This document shows positions 1-9,293 of a stretch of DNA of 64,000 nucleotides, piece by piece. The DNA is from a virus. Its lineage: Duplodnaviria; Heunggongvirae; Uroviricota; Caudoviricetes. The stretch spans positions 103,273 through 167,272 of IMG/VR virus record IMGVR_UViG_3300032272_000001, one strand, 5' to 3'. The stretch's first letter is position 1. Every line of letters starts with the position of its first letter. Position numbers and translations under genes: made by a program. The notes beneath the pieces are model-generated. The model did no database searches and had not been told where the DNA came from. It saw only the letters and a list, made by a program, of their open reading frames with translations.

Positions 1-2
1 TT

Positions 3-43
3 TACCACCGCGTGATAATGGTAGCGGGTATAAATAGATCCAT
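3..43 (+). repeat. Repeat A copy 1; contains a T4 late-promoter-like TATAAATA at 29..36
   Basis: About 40 bp near-identical to 547..584 (taccaccgcgtgataatggtagcgggtataaatagatccat). Confidence 0.6.
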
Positions 44-136
44 GCCGCGATGGGTAGACCACTTATGCGGGGTAGTGATTTAGTATAGTCAGAGTTTACA
101 CATAATCACAATAAGAAAAAGGTATCGTAGGTGTAT

Positions 137-169
137 CCGTGCCTACAGAATATCCATAGAAATATGGGG
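137..169 (+). repeat. Repeat B copy 1 (ccgtgcct..aatatccatagaaatatgggg)
   Basis: 33-bp segment repeated at 598..630 with 4 mismatches. Confidence 0.55.
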
Positions 170-259
170 TGGCAACCAGAAAAGCTCAACCTAGATCTTT
201 AGATGTTCTAGACCTATTGAACGCTAACTGGATATATAAGCTAACGGTTTATATATTTA

Positions 260-352
260 AAGTTAAGAGCACAGAGCCACCTAAAGGCTCGTAAGCAGGT
301 GTATAGGGCAAATGAGGTTCGACTCCTCACTGTGGTTTAGGTGTGCTCTTAT
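260..352 (+). ncRNA. tRNA-like structured element with a canonical T-arm (tgaggTTCGACTcctca), a closing stem of about 11 bp (ttaagagcaca/tgtgctcttaa) and an internal 5-bp hairpin; it does not fold as a standard cloverleaf
   Basis: Inverted repeats 263..273/341..351, hairpin gagcc-acctaaa-ggctc at 274..290, T-arm at 313..329. There is no ORF in 1..480. Confidence 0.25.
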
Positions 353-546
353 TAAATGCGAGCCTATCCATGGGATTCGGATTGGTGTGGTGCTAAAAAA
401 TGAAGAGCACCGAATAAGTCCAATCGCTCTCTATACTCCAGAGAGTTAAAAATATGATGGAAACAAAGGTGCGAATCCTTTGGCTATTTTAAGTTTTGCA
501 GGTTAGAGAAGCGGTCATATGTTCGAATTCTATACCTACAATCACT

Positions 547-584
547 TACCGCATGATAATGGTAGCGGGTATAAATATATCCAT
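547..584 (+). repeat. Repeat A copy 2; TATAAATA at 570..577
   Basis: Near-identical to 3..43. Confidence 0.6.
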
Positions 585-597
585 TACAGGTCTAGCT

Positions 598-630
598 CCG
601 TGCCTGTTAAATATCCACAGAAATATGGGG
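598..630 (+). repeat. Repeat B copy 2
   Basis: Matches 137..169. Confidence 0.55.
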
Positions 631-880
631 TTATTAATGTATGGTAATAGTTCTTGTCATTCATTGGCCAATGAATGATGCATTTTGTTTGTTTAAATGT
701 GATTTATTATCAGATGTTATGCGCTAACGGACCAACAATTTTATATTATGTTATAATAAAGGAAAAAATACGATCATACTGATGATAATATAAGATTATA
801 TCTACTAAAACATGAATTGTTTATTCGCAAAGAAAAAAATTAAAGAAAAGATTGAAGAAGAAACATAAGAGGGGTAATTA

Positions 881-1306
881 GTGTACATATATAATGTAAC
901 CGTAATAGACGTAATTGATGGTAATACTGTTGAAGTTGACATAGATCTTGGTTTTGGCTTGCATATGAGAAATAAATATGTTAAATTGCATGGTATTGAT
1001 TGTCCAGAATCAAAAACATTGGATGTTGTTGAGAAACGGTTTGGTATTTTGGCTAAAAAAGAAGTCGAAAAATATATGACTGTTGGTAGCAAACAACAAA
1101 TGGTTTCTGTATTACCAAAAAACAAAATTTCTGGTAATATATTGGGCGAGTTTCTGGTAAAAGATCCTAACACACCAGAAACTAGATTTAATCTCAATAG
1201 ACATCTAGTAACAAAACATTTTGCTGTAGCATATGATGGCAGTATTTCAAAAGACAAGCTTATTGAAGAACATCATGAAAATAGAATGAGGTTGATGAAA
1301 TTTTGA
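881..1306 (+). CDS. Staphylococcal-nuclease-like (SNase/thermonuclease fold) protein
   Basis: GTG start with an upstream agagggg RBS. Motif VIDVIDGNTVEV..KYVKLHGIDCPES matches the SNase signature v.DGDT..v.....vRL.GiDaPE. Confidence 0.5.
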   Translation: MYIYNVTVIDVIDGNTVEVDIDLGFGLHMRNKYVKLHGIDCPESKTLDVVEKRFGILAKKEVEKYMTVGSKQQMVSVLPKNKISGNILGEFLVKDPNTPETRFNLNRHLVTKHFAVAYDGSISKDKLIEEHHENRMRLMKF

Positions 1307-1572
1307 AAACAGAAGAGTATAATGAAGTGAGAGAAACAAAACTCACTCAAATTGGTATAGAGTTAGAAAATATAGTTGAAAAATATGATGTCTCTTATAT
1401 GGATGCTGTTATAATGTATTCTGATGAACATGATATCGAATTGGAATTATTGGGTGAGGTTGTTAAAGGACACCAAAAAATAACCAATGAAATTCGTATA
1501 GAAGCAGAAAATCTTAATTATTTAGAAAAGAGTAATACTTTTAGTATACAAGAAATAGGAAATAAGTGTTAA
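1303..1572 (+). CDS. hypothetical protein (acidic)
   Basis: ORF start overlaps the upstream stop (ATGA); 89 aa. Confidence 0.5.
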   Translation: MKTEEYNEVRETKLTQIGIELENIVEKYDVSYMDAVIMYSDEHDIELELLGEVVKGHQKITNEIRIEAENLNYLEKSNTFSIQEIGNKC

Positions 1573-1919
1573 TGGATAGAGAAAAAGAATGGCCTTGGTC
1601 TGAATTTGATAAAAAAGAAGAAAATATCAAACCAAAAATAAAAAAACCTATTAAAATTGAAGAACCACCAAAAAAAGATGGATGGTTTAAGAATATTCTC
1701 AACAAATTAAATATTGTTAAAGAACCAATTGCTATTGAAATACCATCAACAGAAACCAAAATTATATCTGGTGATGATGTAACTTATGAAGTTCCTATCG
1801 AAGCTACAAAAATTGTAGTTCAAATAACGAATGATAGTGGAACTATTAAACAAATATACACCCTAACAAATTACATTTCTATTAAAGGCGGCGACAGAGT
1901 AAGAATTCTGGCCACATGA
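1566..1919 (+). CDS. hypothetical Lys-rich protein
   Basis: ORF of 117 aa in compact overlapping arrangement. Confidence 0.5.
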   Translation: MLMDREKEWPWSEFDKKEENIKPKIKKPIKIEEPPKKDGWFKNILNKLNIVKEPIAIEIPSTETKIISGDDVTYEVPIEATKIVVQITNDSGTIKQIYTLTNYISIKGGDRVRILAT

Positions 1920-2134
1920 TGGAAATATATAATATATCACATATCATTACGATATACGTGATTATAGCATACATAACATTTTTGTTTTTTATGCATAATA
2001 TGATGAACAATCCAGAAGCTATTGCTTTTGACGATAAATCAAAAACCATTTGGATCTTGGTCGCATTTGTATTGGCTTGTTTGTGGCCAATTGGATTGCC
2101 TTTTGTTTTTATTATGTCGATTTATTCGGATTGA
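1916..2134 (+). CDS. small membrane protein (2 predicted TM helices)
   Basis: Hydrophobic segments IITIYVIIAYITFLFF and ILVAFVLACLWPIGLPFVFIM. Confidence 0.45.
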   Translation: MMEIYNISHIITIYVIIAYITFLFFMHNMMNNPEAIAFDDKSKTIWILVAFVLACLWPIGLPFVFIMSIYSD

Positions 2135-2145
2135 TAATAATTCAC

Positions 2146-2153
2146 TATAAATA
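2146..2153 (+). promoter_or_regulatory. T4-type late promoter motif TATAAATA upstream of gene 32
   Basis: Exact TATAAATA about 95 bp upstream of the gp32 start codon. Confidence 0.4.
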
Positions 2154-2245
2154 GTGATACCTAATTAACAGATAATAAGACATCTGTTGATGACTGAATT
2201 AGTGGATAATAATAGATCTGCTAATATATGAAATAGTAAACGTAG

Positions 2246-3169
2246 ATGAAACAAGGAGACTATATGGTAGATTTTAAAGCCATGAAAGCCAATCGACAAA
2301 ATAGATTGGAATCACTAAAACAAGAGCTTGCCAATGCAGGCAAGAAAAAGACGTTCCAGAATGAAGATAATGATCCAACATTTTGGAAATTAGAAGTAGA
2401 TAAAGCAGGGAATGGTTTTGCTGTTATTAGATTTCTTGATAGCGACAAAGAAATTCCTTATGTTACGTATTGGGACCATGGGTTTAAGGGTCCAGGTGGT
2501 TATTATATTGAAAAATCACTTACTTCTATTGGGTTGCCAGATCCCGTTGCAGATTTAAATTCTAAATTATGGAAGTCTGGCGACAAAGACACAGCAAGAG
2601 CGCAGAAGCGTAGATTGCATCATGTGTCAAATATCTTAGTCATTAAGGATTCTAAAAATCCTGATAATGAAGGTAAAGTCTTCAAATTCAAGTATGGTGT
2701 GAAAATCATGGAAAAGCTCAATGAAGCTATGATGCCACCATTTGATGAAGAAGGTCGTTCCCCTGATGATGAAGATTATGATCCAGTGAATGCATTCAAT
2801 CCATTCTGTATTTGGAATGGTGCTGCACTAAAATTGGCCGCCCGCAAGGTCAAGGATTTCCGTAACTATGACTCTTCGGAATTTCAAAAACAGTCTCCAT
2901 TGGCCGCCTCGGAAGAGGAAATGGAAGAAATTATGTCTCAGACATACGATCTGGACGAAATTCTAGATCCTTCTAACTTCAAAACAAGAGAAGAGTTAGA
3001 AGCAAGACTGAACAAGATTTTGGGTAATGAGGTTGTTCAAAATAGTGCTGATAGGGAAACCAAAGAAGCACCATCAAGAAAAACCAAAGAATCGACAAAA
3101 ACATCTATTGATGAAGATGAAGATGAAATTGACCTAGATGCATTAATTGGTTCAATTGAATCTGAATAA
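2246..3169 (+). CDS. 32: gp32-like single-stranded DNA-binding protein (start more likely at 2264, which has an aaggaga RBS)
   Basis: Matches T4 gp32 as I recall it: AGNGFAVIRFL..., HGFK, KVFKFKYGVKIMEKLNEAM and an acidic C-terminal tail (DEDEDEIDLD). It lacks the Zn-binding Cys residues of T4 gp32. Confidence 0.8.
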   Translation: MKQGDYMVDFKAMKANRQNRLESLKQELANAGKKKTFQNEDNDPTFWKLEVDKAGNGFAVIRFLDSDKEIPYVTYWDHGFKGPGGYYIEKSLTSIGLPDPVADLNSKLWKSGDKDTARAQKRRLHHVSNILVIKDSKNPDNEGKVFKFKYGVKIMEKLNEAMMPPFDEEGRSPDDEDYDPVNAFNPFCIWNGAALKLAARKVKDFRNYDSSEFQKQSPLAASEEEMEEIMSQTYDLDEILDPSNFKTREELEARLNKILGNEVVQNSADRETKEAPSRKTKESTKTSIDEDEDEIDLDALIGSIESE

Positions 3170-3186
3170 ATAGCAGAAAATTAGAA

Positions 3187-3213
3187 GAAGGGATTTTTAA
3201 TCCCTTCTTTTTT
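3187..3213 (+). terminator. Rho-independent terminator after gene 32
   Basis: 9-bp stem gaagggatt/aatcccttc, ttt loop, then a T6 run. Confidence 0.7.
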
Positions 3214-3296
3214 ATAAAAACATGGTTAATATAAATATTAGGCAATATGGAATTGACCATCATAGCAATTATTGACTAATTATTAAGGAGAATAAC

Positions 3297-3818
3297 ATGT
3301 CTGAAAGCTTTCCAGAATCTGTGTTTAATCATGATGTAGTGTGGATGTACGATATGCTTAGACGTTTCCATCAGGAAATGGCTAAATCGCAATCTGCACC
3401 AGTAAGTGGAATGATTGTGCCTGATCAGCTTCGGTTTGAGTCGTATTTGGCCCAAATGCGTAGTGCTCTTGAATGGGTACAAAATACACCATTACTCGAT
3501 ATGCCAGAAACACACCCACGTCCATATTCTCTCCCGGCATTTCCGGCTGAAATTAATGTCGAAAACGAATCTATTAATGTTATTTTGCGATTAATTAGAG
3601 CATCTGCTGTTGAATTGACAAATTCACAATCTAGCAGATTTAGTTCTCGTCTCCAGCCATTCGATCAAGAACGCATTGTTGCTGTGATTGATAAGCTTGA
3701 TGCCTTCTTGAATAACTATATTCGTAGTCAAGCGGTTCCTTTGGATCTACCAGAGTCTTCGCCCGAAGAAAGTATTGGTACAGACGGTTTAATGGGTGTT
3801 TTGGGTACAAATAAATAA
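3297..3818 (+). CDS. hypothetical protein
   Basis: ORF of 173 aa with an aaggag RBS. Confidence 0.55.
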   Translation: MSESFPESVFNHDVVWMYDMLRRFHQEMAKSQSAPVSGMIVPDQLRFESYLAQMRSALEWVQNTPLLDMPETHPRPYSLPAFPAEINVENESINVILRLIRASAVELTNSQSSRFSSRLQPFDQERIVAVIDKLDAFLNNYIRSQAVPLDLPESSPEESIGTDGLMGVLGTNK

Positions 3819-3843
3819 TTGAACAACCAAAAAACATAAAAAG

Positions 3844-3867
3844 AAAGGGGGCAATTGCCCCCTTTTT
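3844..3867. terminator. Bidirectional terminator hairpin (aaagGGGGCAATTGCCCCCtttt) between convergent genes
   Basis: Perfect GC-rich palindrome flanked by A/T runs. A near-identical hairpin is at 33808..33830. Confidence 0.7.
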
Positions 3868-4044
3868 ACTTTTCTATATTAAAATTTTTAATATCTCTTG
3901 GATCTTCTTTACCATCCATTCTATATTTCCCGTCTTTTGTCCAATGACAAGGTTTATCATCAAGTGTACCAAAAACTGGAAATGCACCATTATATTTGTT
4001 TTTTGTTTCGATTATAACTATTTGGTTATCTATAGTCTTTAACA

Positions 4045-4731
4045 TTAAGCAACACCAGCAGCAAAATCCTGCGCCATAACTTTAGCATCTTCTAGTGTTT
4101 TTGCTTCCCATTCCCCACGTCCACATTTTACAATAGTATATGGATTTTCTTCATGTATATCAATTTCTTCTAATTCTGAAAGATCCAAATCTGGATCAAC
4201 GACATCATCTAATGAATTAGCCATTGCTATCATCACTGGTGTGTGTAAAATTCGAATTCCAGATCTATCAGGAAGAATTTGGCATTCATCTCTAGCCTGT
4301 TTTTTTCTTTCGGGACTGAGATCCCCCCAAAAATCTTCATGTGCTGTAATAAGATCTTCTGGAGTTGCGCCAACATATGCACAATCACCTTTAACTACAG
4401 AAGAACCAACACCAAAACCAAACATTGCTCTATGCGACCAACCATACCATTTTTGTTCTTTTTCACAAAAACCAATTCTACATTGTTTCCCTTCACCAAC
4501 ATCTGCATCCAATCTTGGTCTTGGTACAATTCCTCGATCATTACAAATATATGCAGTATCAACTACATTACCAATTTTATCACCGCCTGGTGTATAACAA
4601 TAAGTAATTTCTGTTGGTTCTTCTAATTCACTATGCCACCATAGTTCATCATGAATATTATACACGCCTTTAAGTCCAAGACGCTTATTCAAAAGTTTAC
4701 TTTTCATATTTATATCCTTATAGTCTTTCAT
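4045..4731 (-). CDS. hypothetical protein
   Basis: ORF of 228 aa. Antisense ORFs inside it are rejected. Confidence 0.55.
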   Translation of the reverse strand: MKDYKDINMKSKLLNKRLGLKGVYNIHDELWWHSELEEPTEITYCYTPGGDKIGNVVDTAYICNDRGIVPRPRLDADVGEGKQCRIGFCEKEQKWYGWSHRAMFGFGVGSSVVKGDCAYVGATPEDLITAHEDFWGDLSPERKKQARDECQILPDRSGIRILHTPVMIAMANSLDDVVDPDLDLSELEEIDIHEENPYTIVKCGRGEWEAKTLEDAKVMAQDFAAGVA

Positions 4732-4903
4732 TAAGACGTTTTTCTAGAGAATCTAGAAAAGCCCGACGCCAACGTAAAGTTGGTCTTTCATAAAAGTTAA
4801 CATCATCTTTATTAACGTTAGTGATGCTATCAGTTACATCTTTCAGAATTTCAATAATAGATGTTTGTTTATCAAATTCAGTATTAAATTCTTTTTCTGT
4901 CAT
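4718..4903 (-). CDS. hypothetical small protein
   Basis: 61-aa ORF overlapping its neighbours by a few codons. Confidence 0.4.
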   Translation of the reverse strand: MTEKEFNTEFDKQTSIIEILKDVTDSITNVNKDDVNFYERPTLRWRRAFLDSLEKRLNERL

Positions 4904-4924
4904 TTAAAAACCCCTTTAGTTATG

Positions 4925-5335
4925 TTATTGATAGAAATACCCACCCCAATCATTAGTATAAGGTGTTGGGATCAAATTTTTTCTTCCACATTCAGTATAA
5001 TTTTGTGTTCCAATAGGCCAATAACAATAAACATGTTGTGGCACTATTTCTGTTCTGTCTTTATTCCACCATTGAAATCCTTCATCATGTGCACTGTACT
5101 TAAAATGATTAGATGCATAATCACCTTTCTGTCTTTCATGATTTATAAAATAGTTTATAAGCTCACGATTTCCTTTATGCCACCACAAGGCTTTGACAAA
5201 AATAGTTTCATGCTGTTCATTCCAATAAACACAAGCATGATATAAACTTACATCTTTTTCTATGAAAGGTTTTGTCAATTCTGGATTGACCCACCCAAGA
5301 TTAAGCCAATCTTCATATCTTTTAAGTTGTTTCAT
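4925..5335 (-). CDS. hypothetical protein (W/Y-rich)
   Basis: 136 aa ORF. Confidence 0.5.
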   Translation of the reverse strand: MKQLKRYEDWLNLGWVNPELTKPFIEKDVSLYHACVYWNEQHETIFVKALWWHKGNRELINYFINHERQKGDYASNHFKYSAHDEGFQWWNKDRTEIVPQHVYCYWPIGTQNYTECGRKNLIPTPYTNDWGGYFYQ

Positions 5336-5742
5336 TATTCGTCCTCTGATTCAATATAAATTATACGTGATTTTGTATGAATTTGGATGTGATCATTTTC
5401 AAAATAATTTTTAGCGAAAGCCCGCGCTTCTTTTTCTGACGAGAATTTACCTTCACTTCTAGATCCATAAACTATTGGAGATCTGACTTCCCATTCTGTT
5501 ATTTCATCAGCAAAGAATCCAGTAACAGGCAAATCATCATTGGTTTTTGTGTGTTCTTCACGAACAGTCAGTCTTAATGGCGTTTCATTAAAAATAACAC
5601 GCAGAGGGATATCAGGAACTTCCATTGGAAAAGTCAATAAAATACCTCTCACAGGAACTTGATCTTCACCAACAACAATCTCTAAGTCACCAAAAGAATG
5701 AACAACAAGATCGCCATCTTTATATTTAAATTTCTTTGTCAT
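5335..5742 (-). CDS. hypothetical protein
   Basis: 135 aa ORF. Confidence 0.5.
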   Translation of the reverse strand: MTKKFKYKDGDLVVHSFGDLEIVVGEDQVPVRGILLTFPMEVPDIPLRVIFNETPLRLTVREEHTKTNDDLPVTGFFADEITEWEVRSPIVYGSRSEGKFSSEKEARAFAKNYFENDHIQIHTKSRIIYIESEDE

Positions 5743-6076
5743 GCTTAACTCTTTCCTTCATCATGGCGTCAGCAATTCTATATGATTCTTCTGCTGCTGT
5801 GGTCGTAATATACCATTTTCTAGAATACAAACCAGCCAATGCTTGTGCAGCAAAATAATCGCGTAAAGCCATACCATCATCTTTTTTGTCATATAATTTT
5901 TGCATTATATCACATAATCTATTTAATTTATCTTTATTTGTTTTAAGCTTTTCTGAATATAGTTCAAGAGCTTTAACAAAATAATTTGATACCAGCACAA
6001 AAGATAAACAAATCGCAAATGTGCAAATTATAATAACCCAAGAAAGGGTTGATAAATTATTAAATATTTCTAACAT
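5726..6076 (-). CDS. hypothetical protein with an N-terminal TM helix
   Basis: 116 aa; hydrophobic N-terminus LSTLSWVIIICTFAICLSFVLV. Confidence 0.5.
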   Translation of the reverse strand: MLEIFNNLSTLSWVIIICTFAICLSFVLVSNYFVKALELYSEKLKTNKDKLNRLCDIMQKLYDKKDDGMALRDYFAAQALAGLYSRKWYITTTAAEESYRIADAMMKERVKHDKEI

Positions 6077-6163
6077 AATATTCCTTCCATAATATTAACA
6101 CTGTACAGTCATTGGCCACCACAACCTGTTTGTCCACTTACTGGTTGGTTAATCCATTAAGCT

Positions 6164-6484
6164 TCATCTTTTATTCTGTTCATCTACATCCCTATGATTA
6201 AAAGATCCATCACAATAAGCACATTCTTCCCATTGTCTTGTTCGTAACACATTATAACGTGTTTGTCTGGTGCGATGCCCTAGTTTTTCACAAGCCTTTT
6301 CCATCGCAACTCTTTCGGGCATCAGCATTTCCCGCGCGGCTTCTGTTATATCATTAATACGTTTATTGAGATCATTTCGAAATTTTCTAATTTCTTTATG
6401 TGTTTTTAACATAAATCCTCTTTCAATATTATTTGTTCTATTCTGGTATGTATGCCCATTCACAATCAAGCAATTCGTCATCAC
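6164..6484 (-). CDS. hypothetical basic protein
   Basis: 106 aa, Arg/Lys-rich. Confidence 0.45.
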   Translation of the reverse strand: MMTNCLIVNGHTYQNRTNNIERGFMLKTHKEIRKFRNDLNKRINDITEAAREMLMPERVAMEKACEKLGHRTRQTRYNVLRTRQWEECAYCDGSFNHRDVDEQNKR

Positions 6485-6653
6485 TCAACACATCATCTGA
6501 AACATCAGCTAGTAGGGTTTCGGTGTAAAACCAACCAGAAGTGTCTTCATAATCAAACCAATACATGATAGCAGGACAATCCCAATCAGTTGATCTTACC
6601 AATATAGATTTTTTCCTTGGAGCTTCTGTGAAGTCTTTGTTCCAATTATTCAT
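6438..6653 (-). CDS. hypothetical acidic small protein
   Basis: 71 aa. Confidence 0.4.
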   Translation of the reverse strand: MNNWNKDFTEAPRKKSILVRSTDWDCPAIMYWFDYEDTSGWFYTETLLADVSDDVLSDDELLDCEWAYIPE

Positions 6654-6696
6654 TTTATTGTCCTATGAAATTTCATTTCTCCTGATTTCTTCTTCA

Positions 6697-7014
6697 TTAT
6701 GCGGTTAGATGATTGGTAGTAACCAAAACAACGCGTTCAAAACCATCATGAACTATAATTGAAAAATTAGTATATGTTTTTACCCAACAAACACGAAGAT
6801 CTTCTGTACCGATATCTGTTAGATTTGGATCATATCTAATTTTAGCAATACGATATGCTTCGGTATAATTTTCATCTATAACAGCTTGAGCTATATCACC
6901 ATCAAGACACATTCCAGGTATATCGTCACGTGTAGACCATCCAATACCATATCCAGGAGAATATACAATAGCTGTATAACCATTTTTAATTAACTTATTC
7001 ATTTTTTCCTTCAC
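6697..7014 (-). CDS. hypothetical protein
   Basis: 105 aa. Confidence 0.5.
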   Translation of the reverse strand: MKEKMNKLIKNGYTAIVYSPGYGIGWSTRDDIPGMCLDGDIAQAVIDENYTEAYRIAKIRYDPNLTDIGTEDLRVCWVKTYTNFSIIVHDGFERVVLVTTNHLTA

Positions 7015-7751
7015 TTAATTACTTTATTTAATTCTTGTAATGTTCTAATAATGATTAAAGTTTCATCACCTAATTTAGTACCACCTCTTGTCCTAGTCCA
7101 ATGTTCAATTGCTTCTGGGACTGTGAAATACCTGCAACCAGCAATGATTCTATCAATACCATCTTTATCAGGTACAAGAATAAATTCATATCTATCTGAT
7201 CTTTTAATTTGTGGAAACGGTTTTGATACTCTTACATCACCAGATACTACAGCATTACCAGATACTAGAGCATTACCATATACTCTAGCATAGCCAAATA
7301 CTTTAGCATTATCATATACTTTTGCATCCCCATATACTCCAGCATTATCACATACTACAGCATTATCACATACTTTAGCATTACCATATACTACAGCATC
7401 ATCAAATACTTCAGCATCACCAAATACTTGAGCATTGCCAGCTACTACAGCATTATCATATACTCTAGCATCACCATATACTAGAGCATCACCAGATACT
7501 TCAGTATCATCATATACTTGAGCATCACCAAATACTTCAGCATCATCATATACTCTTGTATTACCAAATACTCTAGCATCGCCATATACTCTAGCATCGC
7601 CATATACTCTTGCATTACCAAATACTTTAGCATTATCACATACTTTAGCATTAGGTCCAATATAAGCAGTATCTTCTACATATGCAGTATCTGCAACAAG
7701 ACCACCACCATTGGTATGTTTATGAAATCCTGACATTGTGTGTTCCTTCAC
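7011..7751 (-). CDS. Hexapeptide-repeat family paralog (246 aa) with conserved C-terminal domain
   Basis: N-term MSGFHKHTNGGGLVADTAYV, about 25 V-x-[GD]-[ND]-A-x repeats, C-term SKPFPQIKRSDRYEFILVPDKDGIDRIIAGCRYFTVPEAIEHWT. Confidence 0.75.
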   Translation of the reverse strand: MKEHTMSGFHKHTNGGGLVADTAYVEDTAYIGPNAKVCDNAKVFGNARVYGDARVYGDARVFGNTRVYDDAEVFGDAQVYDDTEVSGDALVYGDARVYDNAVVAGNAQVFGDAEVFDDAVVYGNAKVCDNAVVCDNAGVYGDAKVYDNAKVFGYARVYGNALVSGNAVVSGDVRVSKPFPQIKRSDRYEFILVPDKDGIDRIIAGCRYFTVPEAIEHWTRTRGGTKLGDETLIIIRTLQELNKVIK

Positions 7752-8254
7752 TTAATTACTTTATTTAATTCTTGTAATGTTCTAATAATGATTAAAGTCT
7801 CATTGCATAAACTAGTTCCATATCTTGTTTTTGTCCAATGTTCAATTGCTTCTTCGATACTAAAATACCTGCAACCAACAATGATTCTATCAATACCATT
7901 TTTATCTGGCACAAGAATAAATTCATATCTATCTGATCTTTTAATTTGTGGAAATGGTTTTGATACTCTTGCATCACCATATACTAGAGCATTACCAGAT
8001 ACTACAGCATTATCATATACTTTTGCATCACCATATACTTCAGCATCATCATATACTCTTGCATAACCAAATACTTGAGCATTACCAGATACATGAGCAT
8101 TACCATATACGCTAGCATCACCAGACACTTTAGCATAACCAGACACTTTAGCATTAGGTCCAATATAAGCAGTATCTGCAACAGTTGCAGTATCTGCAAC
8201 AAGACCACCACCATTGGAGTGTCTATGAAATCCTGACATATTATTTTCCTTCAC
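7748..8254 (-). CDS. Hexapeptide-repeat family paralog (168 aa)
   Basis: Same N- and C-terminal modules with fewer repeats. Start overlaps the upstream stop. Confidence 0.75.
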   Translation of the reverse strand: MKENNMSGFHRHSNGGGLVADTATVADTAYIGPNAKVSGYAKVSGDASVYGNAHVSGNAQVFGYARVYDDAEVYGDAKVYDNAVVSGNALVYGDARVSKPFPQIKRSDRYEFILVPDKNGIDRIIVGCRYFSIEEAIEHWTKTRYGTSLCNETLIIIRTLQELNKVIK

Positions 8255-8742
8255 TTAATTTCTTTATTTAATTCTTGTAATGTTCTAATAATTTTTAAGG
8301 TTTCGGTTCCTAGTTTAGTTCCGTATCTTGTTTTTGTCCAATGTTCAATTGCTTCTGGGACTGTAAAGTATCTGCAACCAGCAATTATTCTATCAATACC
8401 ATCTTTATCTGGTACAAGAATAAAATCATATCCATCTGATCTTTTAATTTGTGGAAACGGTTTTGATACTTTAACATCACCATATACACTTACATCACCA
8501 GATACTTTAACATGACCAGATACTCTAGCATTACCATATACATGAGCATTACCAGATATTACAGCTTTACCAAATACTTTAGCATAACCAAATACTAGAG
8601 CATTACCATATACTCTTGCATTACCAAATACTTTAGCATAACCAAATACTTTAGCATCTGGTCCAATAAAAGCAGTATCTTCTACATATGCAGTATCTGC
8701 AACAAGACCACCACCATTGATATGTTTATGAAATCCTGACAT
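8251..8742 (-). CDS. Hexapeptide-repeat family paralog (163 aa)
   Basis: Same architecture. Confidence 0.75.
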   Translation of the reverse strand: MSGFHKHINGGGLVADTAYVEDTAFIGPDAKVFGYAKVFGNARVYGNALVFGYAKVFGKAVISGNAHVYGNARVSGHVKVSGDVSVYGDVKVSKPFPQIKRSDGYDFILVPDKDGIDRIIAGCRYFTVPEAIEHWTKTRYGTKLGTETLKIIRTLQELNKEIK

Positions 8743-8743
8743 A

Positions 8744-8914
8744 TTATTTTCCTTTACTTAATTTTTTGACACAAGAATCATGAGAGGCGCTATACCATTC
8801 ATGTCCCATTTTTTCACATCTCTGACCAAATGTAGCACCACTAGCCAAAATACCAACAAGTAAAATAATAGATAATACCAAAAAAATCACAAATGTTTTA
8901 TAAATTCTATTCAT
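8744..8914 (-). CDS. small membrane protein (likely start at the internal Met at 8914; a longer ORF runs to 8986)
   Basis: TM helix FVIFLVLSIILLVGILASGA. The start at 8914 sits 5 nt after the upstream gene's stop. Confidence 0.4.
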   Translation of the reverse strand: MNRIYKTFVIFLVLSIILLVGILASGATFGQRCEKMGHEWYSASHDSCVKKLSKGK

Positions 8915-9293
8915 GACTACTCCAAACATAATCAGAGACAATAAATCCATAAAATTCAAAATCATCACCAACTTCTTTATATTCATTTATTGTTGCAATA
9001 CCATATGGAATTATTGCAAATTGACATGGCATATCATATAATGACATAAATTCTTTTCCATTAAAATTATCCATAAAAACAAATTCCCCAATCAGATCAT
9101 AATTATGATCCAACCTAAGATTTGTTACTGTTGCACAACGAGTATCATATTGACTAATTGTTTCGAAATAGATAAACAAATTATTATTAATAATCTTATC
9201 ATAAACATCAAAACCAAGAAAATGGTTCTTTCGATAGATTAAACCACCAGTTGTGGAAGATGGTTTATTCAACTCAATTTTAAATTTAGTCAT
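8907..9293 (-). CDS. hypothetical protein
   Basis: 128 aa. Confidence 0.5.
   Translation of the reverse strand: MTKFKIELNKPSSTTGGLIYRKNHFLGFDVYDKIINNNLFIYFETISQYDTRCATVTNLRLDHNYDLIGEFVFMDNFNGKEFMSLYDMPCQFAIIPYGIATINEYKEVGDDFEFYGFIVSDYVWSSHE

Noticed and set aside
496-678. ORF 496..678 (60 aa)
   Set aside because: It lies across the repeat A/B copies, has a low-complexity translation and has no RBS. The region is more plausibly non-coding or regulatory.
2246-3169. Doubt about the gp32 call because T4's zinc-binding Cys/His residues are missing
   Set aside because: Several blocks align colinearly with T4 gp32, including the acidic tail, so the call is kept. The lack of Zn ligands is noted as a lineage difference, not a refutation.
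4241-4626. ORFs 4241..4597, 4279..4626 and 4425..4607 on the + strand
   Set aside because: They are antisense to the better-supported 4045..4731 gene and have low-complexity or hydrophobic translations.
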